This document shows positions 31,280 to 39,128 of a DNA stretch of 39,128 nucleotides, in pieces. This DNA is from a virus (taxonomy: Duplodnaviria; Caudoviricetes). The DNA lies in the IMG/VR virus record IMGVR_UViG_3300017716_002050, positions 1 to 39,128 of that record; one strand, 5' to 3'. How positions within the stretch are numbered: the first letter of the stretch is position 1; every line of letters starts with the position of its first letter. Under the pieces are notes generated by a model. It was given only the letters and a program-made list of their open reading frames with translations, had not been told where the DNA came from and made no database searches. The position numbers were made by a program, and so were the translations under genes.

Positions 31280-31800
31280 TCTGCCGCAATCCTCGCTGAT
31301 TTGTCCTCAAGCGCAAGCGTCAGCTTTTCCTCTAGCTCGCGGATGCGCTGCTCCATCGCCGCAATCGGCTTCTCTGCCTCGGTCTGCTCAATGAACCGTT
31401 GAGCCTTCGCCCGCAAGCCGTGGCCACCCATAGGGATGCACTTGGCGAGTTGGCTATCAGACAGGCCCGCAAGCTGCTCCACAGTCCGGATATGGACGCT
31501 GTTAAGCTCCATCACCTGACTACGGCCAACGCCCGCCCATTCGTCCAGCGGGGTGCCGCTTTCCGGGGCTTCCATGTTGGCTTTGAACGCAGCGTATTTC
31601 TGCGGCCAGCGTTCGCGGTGTTCGTCCTTCACGGCAATATCAACGATGTTCTTGTTATCGCCCGGAACGATGATTTCGACGTACTCAACGTCGTTCCAAA
31701 CCTCGCGGCCTTCCTTCTCTGACAGGAAGTTGTTACGCACGGGCTTGATGTGGAAACGGGGAATCACGCGGTCCCGACCGTCTGGCGCTTGATAGTCCAT
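31276..31800 (-). CDS. Conserved phage protein with HhH-like motif
   Basis: YVEIIVPGD, GTPLDEW, HIRTVEQLAGLSD and C-terminal coiled coil. Confidence 0.78.
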   Translation of the reverse strand: MDYQAPDGRDRVIPRFHIKPVRNNFLSEKEGREVWNDVEYVEIIVPGDNKNIVDIAVKDEHRERWPQKYAAFKANMEAPESGTPLDEWAGVGRSQVMELNSVHIRTVEQLAGLSDSQLAKCIPMGGHGLRAKAQRFIEQTEAEKPIAAMEQRIRELEEKLTLALEDKSARIAAE

Positions 31801-31941
31801 CTACTTGCTCGATCCTGCTTTGACGCGAAAGCGCGGCTTGGCCACTACCGCAGGGGCCGGGCGGCAGCGGTCAGTTTCTGACGAATCCGCCTTGGTGTTC
31901 CAATACGTCTTGCTGTCGCTGTAAGCGGCGGGGTGTGCCAT
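31801..31941 (-). CDS. Small hypothetical protein (46 aa)
   Basis: GGAGG RBS; MAHPAAYSDSKTYWNTKADSSETDRCRPAPAVVAKPRFRVKAGSSK; fills the gap exactly. Confidence 0.55.
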   Translation of the reverse strand: MAHPAAYSDSKTYWNTKADSSETDRCRPAPAVVAKPRFRVKAGSSK

Positions 31942-31942
31942 C

Positions 31943-32521
31943 CTATGTCCTCCGATACACAGTGTCGTTTCCTACGCGGGTCACGCGCTCATAGCCGGGC
32001 AAGTCCGCCTTTGGACCTAGCCCTTTCTCTTCGAGCACTATGATAGGCGAAAACTTCTCGATTGTCGCCCTCGCGCCTTTAATCGCGTCCGCCTCGGCTC
32101 CCTCAATGTCCAGCCAGAGCAAATCGCAGGCGTCTAGGTTCAGGCCGTCAATGGTGTGAACAGGGATAGCCGTACCCGGCAGCGTCTTGTGAGAACCGCA
32201 GTTGTCCGTGTCGATGCGGAGGATGCCGCAAGTTCCCGGTTCAGCCCCTAGCGCCGCGTTGAACTTCGTAATGGATGAATCAATGATGTTGCGACGCAGG
32301 CAATCATAGTTGTCCCCGTCCGGTTCAAACGTGATGACCCGATCAAACCAAAGGGCCAGCGCGATAGGATAAACGCCGACGTTACCGCCAGCTTGGACGC
32401 AGACGCGGCGCTCCTTCACCAGCGGAACCACGACGGTCATTGCTACGGCGCACTCATCCACCACCACCGCACGGCAGCGCACGTCGAAATTAGGCCACCA
32501 AAGACCGTCGATCTGTTTCAT
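31943..32521 (-). CDS. FkbM-family SAM-dependent methyltransferase
   Basis: VQAGGNVGVY, TFEP, NAALG, TIDGL, LWLDIEGAE, PIIVLE; start ATG at 32521 (MKQIDGLWWP). Confidence 0.9.
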   Translation of the reverse strand: MKQIDGLWWPNFDVRCRAVVVDECAVAMTVVVPLVKERRVCVQAGGNVGVYPIALALWFDRVITFEPDGDNYDCLRRNIIDSSITKFNAALGAEPGTCGILRIDTDNCGSHKTLPGTAIPVHTIDGLNLDACDLLWLDIEGAEADAIKGARATIEKFSPIIVLEEKGLGPKADLPGYERVTRVGNDTVYRRT

Positions 32522-32598
32522 CGGCGCGTGTTCACAAAGATGCCGACGACAAGCAGCCAGAGCAGCCAAATGGCGAGAAGTCCGATTGCGAGCATCAT
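32518..32598 (-). CDS. Membrane micropeptide (26 aa)
   Basis: MMLAIGLLAIWLLWLLVVGIFVNTRR; GGGAGG RBS and ATGA overlaps with both the GT stop and the FkbM start. Confidence 0.7.
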   Translation of the reverse strand: MMLAIGLLAIWLLWLLVVGIFVNTRR

Positions 32599-34028
32599 GC
32601 GAGTAACCTCCCCATGTCGGGAATAAGGCCCTTCCCGTGAGCAATCACCTTAACGCCACGGTCCCGCAAATACAAAAACTGCTGCTGGAACTCCATAGCC
32701 TGACGGATCATCCACCGGGCGCAAGTGTACGTCTTGTCGCCTAGAACGACTTCCATTGTAGGCTCGCCGTCGTTCAGGCTTTGCGAGTAAGCGTGATGCT
32801 GGCCATCGGCATACGAACTGTCGAAGCCGTACAGGTGGATTTTCTTGTACCCCGACAGCCACGCCAGATAGATGGCCCGAAGCCCTACAGTCCCGCCCCC
32901 CGGCACCAGAACACAAGGCCGCTGGTTAGGGCCTTCATCAAACCACGGGGCTAGAATCTCCCTCAGTTCCTCGCCGGAACCCATCCCGTTGTGCCACATC
33001 ACAACATCATGCCCCGAAAGCGCATCAAACACGCACGGATGAACCTGCGAGGCGAGGAAATAGCGCACGTTCTTAGGCGCGTTCTCGACCATGTGCAGGT
33101 TTTCCTCCCGCGCATCCAGCATCACATGAGCGTCGGGCGTAATCCCCTTGTCCGTCAGGAACCGCAGGGCATTGTTGACGGTGATAATCTTGAGACCACG
33201 CCTCCGCTGGTCTTTAATCGCCTTCACACTGTCCGAAAGCGAGGGACCGCCGCCGACGATGACGCAGCCCTTGTCCTGCTCACCAAAGCCCGTGAACCAC
33301 GGCACATCGCGAAGCACGTTCGCTCTGACATTCCCGTAGGCAAACTCATGGGTGACGTTCATGCCCTTTAGTTCTGGCATGGCCGTATAGCCGCCAACGC
33401 GCCAGACACCGGGAACCCAGCCGTCTTTGATAGCGTCAGGCTTAGGCTCGCCGTGGAATATGACCGCCTTAGCCGTCTCGGGAGGCCATGCTACCGCGTC
33501 ACGGTAGGAGACGAACATACCGGGCGGGAACGTGTCCCATGCGCTGACTTGGCTAATCCACTCTTGATCCCCGCCGTTGATCTGGCCAGCGGGGAGGAGG
33601 CCCTTGAGGCTTTCCGTGGGGTGGTCGATTACGTCCAGCGTGAAGCGATCCCATATGTCCGCGTGGTCGCCATGACGCCAGCGCATCACAGACGAGTTGT
33701 AGCAAGGCCAGTGCCAATCCTTGATGATGCCGTGCGGAAGGCCTTCAAGACGGCCCGTCACGCATACGTCCAAATCCATGTACAGAACCTCCGCGCCGGT
33801 CCTCCATGGCATTGTGTCCAGATCAAACAACTGGACCTTCGCCCACCAACCGGGCAGCGACGGGTCAGCCAGTATCGGCTCAATGCCTTCCGGCAGGCTG
33901 TCTGGATCATCCGTCAGGCACCAATGGCACTGGGGTTCGTCCAGATGCCGCGCTATACCGTCGTGAAGGCGGGTGACGTACTCAATGGGGTACTTGGTGC
34001 CTACCCGGACGCTGACGACGTTGATCAT
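32595..34028 (-). CDS. Two-domain glycosyltransferase: GT-A (GT8-like) plus DUF115/Maf (MptE-like) domain
   Basis: N-terminal GTKY..EYV, CLTD, GWWAK, YMDLD, NSSVM, GDQEW, FHGEPKP. C-terminal IVGGGPSL, TVNNA, ITPD..VMLD, GGTVGLRA, IHLYGFDSSY, HAY. Confidence 0.85.
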   Translation of the reverse strand: MINVVSVRVGTKYPIEYVTRLHDGIARHLDEPQCHWCLTDDPDSLPEGIEPILADPSLPGWWAKVQLFDLDTMPWRTGAEVLYMDLDVCVTGRLEGLPHGIIKDWHWPCYNSSVMRWRHGDHADIWDRFTLDVIDHPTESLKGLLPAGQINGGDQEWISQVSAWDTFPPGMFVSYRDAVAWPPETAKAVIFHGEPKPDAIKDGWVPGVWRVGGYTAMPELKGMNVTHEFAYGNVRANVLRDVPWFTGFGEQDKGCVIVGGGPSLSDSVKAIKDQRRRGLKIITVNNALRFLTDKGITPDAHVMLDAREENLHMVENAPKNVRYFLASQVHPCVFDALSGHDVVMWHNGMGSGEELREILAPWFDEGPNQRPCVLVPGGGTVGLRAIYLAWLSGYKKIHLYGFDSSYADGQHHAYSQSLNDGEPTMEVVLGDKTYTCARWMIRQAMEFQQQFLYLRDRGVKVIAHGKGLIPDMGRLLA

Positions 34029-34042
34029 GCTACCTCCATAGC

Positions 34043-34074
34043 AAAACAGCCGCAGGGACGAACCCCACGGCTGT
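34043..34074 (-). terminator. Intrinsic terminator/attenuator after the capsid genes
   Basis: ACAGCCGTGGG-GTTCGT-CCCTGCGGCTGT-TTT; a second hairpin lies upstream at 34085-34106. Confidence 0.7.
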
Positions 34075-34119
34075 CAAGCTATCACCTAACCCCAGTGGAG
34101 GCTAGGGCAGGCGAAAGGA

Positions 34120-34407
34120 CTAGAGGGCGGTCTTCTTCGCAAAGAAGTACTGCGCAGCAGTCACGCCGCCCGTGGTGTTGACCGTCCAACCAGCCGAACC
34201 AGCATCAGACGACGCAGAGCCGCTGGTGCCGATCAGGATGGTTTGCGTCGAAGACAGAGCCTCCGAAGCGCGGGCGTAAACGTGCTGGCGGCCATCATTG
34301 CCCCAAACAATCGTGTTGGTGGCGAAGGCCGGGGTGGACGACTTGGAGTCGAGGTCGATCCCCAGAGTCGGAGTGGTCGAGAAGACCGTAGCGGCAGTCG
34401 ATGCCAT
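34120..34407 (-). CDS. Putative capsid decoration/cement protein (95 aa)
   Basis: Directly after the MCP with AAAGGAG RBS; GNDGRQHVYARA...YFF; Ser/Thr-rich. Confidence 0.7.
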   Translation of the reverse strand: MASTAATVFSTTPTLGIDLDSKSSTPAFATNTIVWGNDGRQHVYARASEALSSTQTILIGTSGSASSDAGSAGWTVNTTGGVTAAQYFFAKKTAL

Positions 34408-34431
34408 GTTAGTTGCTCCTTTCGGGGGCGA

Positions 34432-35403
34432 TTAGCTTTGGAACAGGACGCCTTGGAGGAAGGCGTTCGACAGGGTCATGTTGCCCATCCACACAATGGG
34501 CTTGACCATTGCGTCTTGGTTGATCGAACGCACGTCTTCCAGCGGGACCATGTTCCGCTCAGTGTGCGGACGCCAGTGGATGTAGCCGGTGTTGAGCATG
34601 TACATGTGGTTGTCGGGGCAAGCGCCGCCGTAACCGCCGTCATACACAACGTCCGTGCCCTTGTACTTCAGGGACACGTAACCAGCATCGGCCTCATTGG
34701 CGTTGGTGACACGCTGAATGTCCTGCAACGCCGACTCGTAGAAGCCAAAGTAGTTGTCATCGCACAGGATCAGGTCAGGCTTGTCGGTGCCGCGCGAGCA
34801 CGAACGATAGAGGGTGTTCATGAACCGCACGATGTTAGCCGCCGAAGCAGCCGAGCCACCGTCCGAGGTCGCTTGGAACTTCTGATTACGCCAGAAGGAC
34901 CAAGTAGCCCGGTTGATGCCGCCGACAGTGCCCGTGGTCGGGTCGTCAGCCACAAGCAGTTGCAGGCCACCGATCTGCTTTCCACCGGACGCGGTGCCGT
35001 TGGAGTACAGGTCTTCCGCCACACCGTTCTGCATGGTCTTCTCAGCGTTTTTGATGCGCGAGGAGAGCAGGTCGATGATGGCGTCTTTGCCGCTGTTCTG
35101 CATTTGCTCAAGGCCGCTGATCGTGACGTTCACCGCGATCTGCTTCCAGTCGAACTCAGCAGCCGTGAACACGTCGCTAGGCGAGATGTTCAGGACTTCG
35201 TAGCCGGAATAACGCTGGTAAGTGACGTTCTCGGCGTACTCAAGCTCTTGCAGGATGGTGCGACCACCCGGAGCCAGTTTGATGGTGCCACGACGGTTCA
35301 TGCGCGACAGAATCGCGTTGTTGTTCGTGACGTTGTCGGCCAGCTTGCCCGTGCGAAGACGCAGGGTAGTGGTCGCGATTTCCGAAAGATTCGGGGATGC
35401 CAT
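34432..35403 (-). CDS. Major capsid protein
   Basis: 323 aa; ATTTL...LADNVTNNNAIL, YSGYEVL, AEFDWKQ, GGINRATWSFWRN, WMGNMTLSN; follows the scaffold. Confidence 0.93.
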   Translation of the reverse strand: MASPNLSEIATTTLRLRTGKLADNVTNNNAILSRMNRRGTIKLAPGGRTILQELEYAENVTYQRYSGYEVLNISPSDVFTAAEFDWKQIAVNVTISGLEQMQNSGKDAIIDLLSSRIKNAEKTMQNGVAEDLYSNGTASGGKQIGGLQLLVADDPTTGTVGGINRATWSFWRNQKFQATSDGGSAASAANIVRFMNTLYRSCSRGTDKPDLILCDDNYFGFYESALQDIQRVTNANEADAGYVSLKYKGTDVVYDGGYGGACPDNHMYMLNTGYIHWRPHTERNMVPLEDVRSINQDAMVKPIVWMGNMTLSNAFLQGVLFQS

Positions 35404-35414
35404 TTGTCTTTCCT

Positions 35415-36443
35415 CTAGGCGTTACCGGCAAGCTCGTCCCAAGCCGCCGCTATATCGCCTTCAATGGTGCCATTTGATCTGGGAATCGGGGACTTGCCCG
35501 GAGACCCTGTGACGCTGACTGCCGCCCGTCTCGCTTGCGCCGCCTTGTCCTGCGTAGGAGCCGCCGGGGCCTGCGTGGTTTGCAGGAACGGGCGAATGTC
35601 CGGCCTCATCCAACACGCCATCTCGTAGGCTTCCTTGAGGTCCGACGCCTTACCGTTGTTCAAGAGGACCGCCATATCATCGCGGACGTTCTCAAAATAC
35701 AGATTGGCAGGATCGTTCTGGAAGGCTTCGATCTGGCTGAGCAACGGTGCGGTTTGCGCCGTCTGGACTTGGGCTTGCAGGTCTTGGAGTTGCTGCTTGA
35801 GGTAAGCAATCTCGGGATGGCTGTCCGGTGCGGGCTGGGCCTGTTGTGGCTGTCCCTGCGGCTGGGCCGATAGGTTCGCAATGTTGACGCCATACGAACG
35901 GGCCAGAAACTCAAGCCCCTGCATCGGATTCTTCTCAAGCAGGTCTTGTGCCGCAAGCAGCGTCTTGACCGCGTGAACCTCATCCATCCCTTGCGCGGCC
36001 CATTGAGCGCGGCGAGGGGCAAGCACTTGTTCCAGCGGCTCATACCGCTTCACTTCCTCAGACTTGCGCCGGAGACCGTGGTCGATCTCTTGCTCCCGCT
36101 TTGCAACTGCCTGTTGCACCTCGGGAGGAAGCTTATCGAACGTGGCCTTAGCCGCAGGCGACCATGAAGCCGGGGCGCGGATGGCGAGCTTTACAGCAGG
36201 GTCCGCGACTGCCTCTGAGGGCTGGTCGGGAGTATCTTGCACCGTTTCAGGCTGTTTGGCAATAAACTTGCCGTCCGGACCACGTTCGGGGCCTTCCGCA
36301 GCCTTTTCCTCAACCTCAGGGGCCGGTTCAGCCTCAGTGATGATGGCTTCCGGAGCGACCACCACTTCCTCAACGGGTGCGGGTTCGGATGTTCCGCTAA
36401 CCTCGGCCATTGCTGCCCGAATGTCGTCTTCCATGTCGCTCAT
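35415..36443 (-). CDS. Scaffolding protein
   Basis: Acidic N-terminus, RGPDGKF, APASW, helical core, LKEAYEMACW; directly upstream of the MCP. Confidence 0.82.
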   Translation of the reverse strand: MSDMEDDIRAAMAEVSGTSEPAPVEEVVVAPEAIITEAEPAPEVEEKAAEGPERGPDGKFIAKQPETVQDTPDQPSEAVADPAVKLAIRAPASWSPAAKATFDKLPPEVQQAVAKREQEIDHGLRRKSEEVKRYEPLEQVLAPRRAQWAAQGMDEVHAVKTLLAAQDLLEKNPMQGLEFLARSYGVNIANLSAQPQGQPQQAQPAPDSHPEIAYLKQQLQDLQAQVQTAQTAPLLSQIEAFQNDPANLYFENVRDDMAVLLNNGKASDLKEAYEMACWMRPDIRPFLQTTQAPAAPTQDKAAQARRAAVSVTGSPGKSPIPRSNGTIEGDIAAAWDELAGNA

Positions 36444-36769
36444 AACCTAGCCTCCAACTGGTCGTAGACGGTTGATATGTCCTGCTTAAGCTCGCGCTCA
36501 CACAGTTCTGTCGGTCCCTTGGGTGTCAGCGCCTCATTGCCGACAATCTCGCAACCCGCATCCTTCACGCCCCGGTAATAGGCGGACTTGCTGTCGTACA
36601 TCTGCCCGTCCGCGTGGTTCATGGTCGGGTCCATCCCGTCCGAACGGATATACGGTGCGGGTAAGTCAGACCGCTTACGCTTGAACTGCTCAAGGCACGG
36701 GCCGGGCCATGCGGATACTTCGTGCATATCCCCGCAAGCCTTGCAGATGCGATAGGTAGCGCGGCTCAC
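36440..36769 (-). CDS. Conserved head-region protein (109 aa)
   Basis: CKACG...C and DGQMYDSKSAY...GCEIVGNE motif. Confidence 0.72.
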   Translation of the reverse strand: MSRATYRICKACGDMHEVSAWPGPCLEQFKRKRSDLPAPYIRSDGMDPTMNHADGQMYDSKSAYYRGVKDAGCEIVGNEALTPKGPTELCERELKQDISTVYDQLEARL

Positions 36770-37914
36770 AGGCTCAACTGTGAAACCGTGGCGGTTCCAC
36801 CCGTTCCCGGCGTCGTTCCAGAGGCAGCCGTGCCAGCAACCGGCGTTGCAGCGGAGATCGTCTCCGTAACAACGCCCGTGGTCACGTCAATGACCGTCAG
36901 ACGGCCTCCACCACCAGACGAACCACCAGCCCCGCCGATGCCCGTCCCGGTGCCAGTGCCGCCATTGCCGCCATTGCCGCCCGAAACGTCAACCGCGTCA
37001 GCCTTGGCAGCGCCCGTCAGACCCAGAGTGACGATATAGACGTAACCGCCACCACCCCCGCCTGCACCGCCACCGCCGCCACGGTTGCCGCCCGCAGGCT
37101 TACCGCCATTGCCGCCGTTCCCGCCCTTGTTCTGGATGGCTCCCGCAGCCGTAGAGGCTCCGCGAAGGATGGTGTGAGCGTAGATCGAGACGCCGGGAAC
37201 GGCAACAGCGCCTGATCCGCCACCGCCGCCCGCCGTGCCGTCGCCGCCGCCGCCCGAGGCAGACTGGCCCTGCATCCCGCTTCGACCGACACTAGTAGAG
37301 ACGTTGTCTTGGATCATGGCGCGGCGGTAAGAGAAGGCGGTAGGCGTTGTCGGCGTAACTGCCGCGCCGCCTGCGCCCGACGCACCCAAACCAGCAGCAC
37401 CGGACGGACCCCCAAGGCTGGCATAGGGAGATGCGGCAATGGCCGTCGCCGTGGTGCCCGCTGCGGTTCCGCCTGCGCTACCCGCAACGCTGCCCGCGCC
37501 TTGAAATATGCCGACGCCGCCCGATTGGGAGACGGCGGTGCCGCCCGCGTTCACGACGGCGTTGTTGCCGTTCGCTCCGTTCTGATAGATAGCGCCGGTC
37601 GGAGCCGCCGACAGGTCGAGCGTTTCGCTGACGAAGATGCGGAACAGGTTCGTACTGATCGCCGCACCCGCGCTCAGGGTCAGGTTGCGATAGTACATAT
37701 CGCGGGTCAGCGTTACCGGCCCCGAGACCGTCACATCACCGTCAGACCCGTCCCCGAAGAACTGGTTCAGCATGAACTCGGACGGGCCGCTTCCGCCGTC
37801 AAGATAGTACTGCGCCGCCCTGCGGATTGCCTCGTTGAACGGGAGGCTTGTCGTATCGCCAGTGTAGGTCATGGCCACTCTCATCAGGAGTTCGTTAAGG
37901 GTTTCGTCCGGCAT
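36766..37914 (-). CDS. Glycine-rich virion-type protein (382 aa)
   Basis: FFGDGSDGDVTVSG...Y.NLTL followed by GGxGG polyglycine repeats. Confidence 0.75.
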   Translation of the reverse strand: MPDETLNELLMRVAMTYTGDTTSLPFNEAIRRAAQYYLDGGSGPSEFMLNQFFGDGSDGDVTVSGPVTLTRDMYYRNLTLSAGAAISTNLFRIFVSETLDLSAAPTGAIYQNGANGNNAVVNAGGTAVSQSGGVGIFQGAGSVAGSAGGTAAGTTATAIAASPYASLGGPSGAAGLGASGAGGAAVTPTTPTAFSYRRAMIQDNVSTSVGRSGMQGQSASGGGGDGTAGGGGGSGAVAVPGVSIYAHTILRGASTAAGAIQNKGGNGGNGGKPAGGNRGGGGGAGGGGGGYVYIVTLGLTGAAKADAVDVSGGNGGNGGTGTGTGIGGAGGSSGGGGRLTVIDVTTGVVTETISAATPVAGTAASGTTPGTGGTATVSQLSL

Positions 37915-39128
37915 TACGCGCTCCCTTGGGGGGTTGGGTCACGGGCTAGGGCTGCGGCTTTCACCTGCAACTCTTGGCCCTTAAGTTGCAGTTCAGCCGC
38001 GCCTAGCTGGCCTTCCATCTGCGTCCGCTGCTGCTCGATCTGCGCTTGCATCTGGGCCGTTTGCGACTTCATCTGCTCAACCGCGATGGCACTCTCATCA
38101 GGCGGCGGTGGTCCCGGAGGCGGGGCAGGCGGTTGCGCCTCGGCTTGCTCAAACACCTTGTCAATCACGTCTTCCATGGACCGCGAAACATTGAACGTTC
38201 GTGCGCCTTGCTTAAGGATTTCAGCGAAGAGCGGGGCCGTGTAAGGGGCAGTCGGGACGATACCAGCCGCAGCCGTCATCAGGCCCACCACAGCGCCCGT
38301 GAACTCCGTAAACGCCAGCTTGGCCGCGTTCTCATCCGGTTCCACCGTGCTATCCGTCTCAACGTCAATGCGGAACGAACGCAGCGCATCGTTCTTGAGC
38401 AGGGCTTGAACCTCTTCCCATGTCGGCTCTTGCATCAGTTCCAACATGGCAGGATCGGGAGCCATGCCGGGAGGGATAGGCATTCCCGCTTGCTCGGCTT
38501 GCTGGATCAGCGGCATGATCTGCTCAATCTGCTGCTTCTCGGCTTGCGTCAGGAGCTTAACGTTCGTCATCGCCTTGAGCGTCTCAATGCTGAAATGCTC
38601 TGCAATAATCTCGGCCTTCAAGCGGATGGCGTCACGGCAGAACCGCTGCAAATCCCGCTGACGGTCACGAACCCGCAGGCTTCCCCACTGACCCTTGATG
38701 CGCTGGGCCGTCGCCGTTTCATTCGGGTTCGACTCGCCCCGGATGATGTCTGACAGGCCGGTGATCTGGTAAATGTCGTTAAGGACTTGCTGGCGGGCCT
38801 CATAGCAGCCCTTCAGCACTTGGATGACCATATCGACCGGCACCCACTCGATCAGGCCCTTGACCCCGCCCTTCTCTTTCCAGAGGTCGAACGTATCAAT
38901 CGGGATAAGCTTGTTCTCATTGCCCGGCGAGAACACGAGTTGAAGCTCGCGGTTGGCTTCACCGGCATAGACACCGACCATCCGCAGCGCGTCTTGCAGC
39001 TTACCAATACGGGCCGTCAGTTCATCGAGTTCGTCGGCCTGATCCTGATACTGCACGTAGTCCGCAACCGGGATTGTGCTGTCGTTGGCCGTCGTGGCGT
39101 TCAGCGGAGGCGGGCACGGGAAGAACTC
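37914..39128 (-). CDS. Portal protein, C-terminal part (joined to 1-978)
   Basis: YQDQADELDELTARI, IYQITGLSDIIRG, ETATAQRIK, FRIDVETDST and a Gln-rich C-terminal barrel helix. Confidence 0.92.
   Translation of the reverse strand, partial: EFFPCPPPLNATTANDSTIPVADYVQYQDQADELDELTARIGKLQDALRMVGVYAGEANRELQLVFSPGNENKLIPIDTFDLWKEKGGVKGLIEWVPVDMVIQVLKGCYEARQQVLNDIYQITGLSDIIRGESNPNETATAQRIKGQWGSLRVRDRQRDLQRFCRDAIRLKAEIIAEHFSIETLKAMTNVKLLTQAEKQQIEQIMPLIQQAEQAGMPIPPGMAPDPAMLELMQEPTWEEVQALLKNDALRSFRIDVETDSTVEPDENAAKLAFTEFTGAVVGLMTAAAGIVPTAPYTAPLFAEILKQGARTFNVSRSMEDVIDKVFEQAEAQPPAPPPGPPPPDESAIAVEQMKSQTAQMQAQIEQQRTQMEGQLGAAELQLKGQELQVKAAALARDPTPQGSA
39006..39128. repeat. Terminal direct repeat, right copy
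   Basis: Identical to 1-123. Confidence 0.97.

Noticed and set aside
31943-32644. 233-aa N-terminally extended FkbM from the ORF track
   Set aside because: The extension overlaps the GT end and the micropeptide. The ATG at 32521 is ATGA-coupled and starts the recognisable domain.
1-39128. CRISPR array, tRNA, DGR/reverse transcriptase, intron or alternative genetic code
   Set aside because: I saw no regularly spaced repeats, cloverleaf, RT motifs or TR/VR pair by eye, and the genes tile densely under the standard code. tRNAscan-SE, Infernal and a self dot-plot would be needed to exclude them formally.

Overview
The window is a complete, circularly permuted ~39.0 kb genome of a tailed dsDNA phage. 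Bases 1-123 repeat exactly at 39006-39128, and the portal gene reads through that junction. The morphogenesis genes suggest a short-tailed, P22-like podovirus: TerS, TerL, portal, scaffold, major capsid, head-completion proteins, a GNAT, three ejection proteins, a tail-collar fibre and a large tailspike, with no tape measure. The early region is lambdoid in layout, with a leftward ERF/SSB/NinB arm and a rightward RusA/PAPS-reductase/HNH/DUF1376 replication arm from divergent promoters. I found no integrase, CI-type repressor or DNA polymerase. High GC and gene content suggest an alphaproteobacterial (Caulobacteraceae-like) host, which is an inference. The main candidates for novelty are: (1) a coupled three-gene cassette immediately upstream of holin/endolysin/spanins, encoding a small helical protein, a TM-coiled-coil-PAS protein and a 5-TM protein, which could be a sensory lysis-control system; (2) a dual-glycosyltransferase, membrane micropeptide and FkbM methyltransferase cassette directly behind the capsid genes; (3) a tail fibre gene apparently starting at AUC; (4) an ART-PolyVal-like domain inserted in an ejection protein; (5) an OOP-like antisense RNA and a 389-bp dual-coding overlap in the replication module. 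All family calls come from motif recognition by eye, not from database searches.
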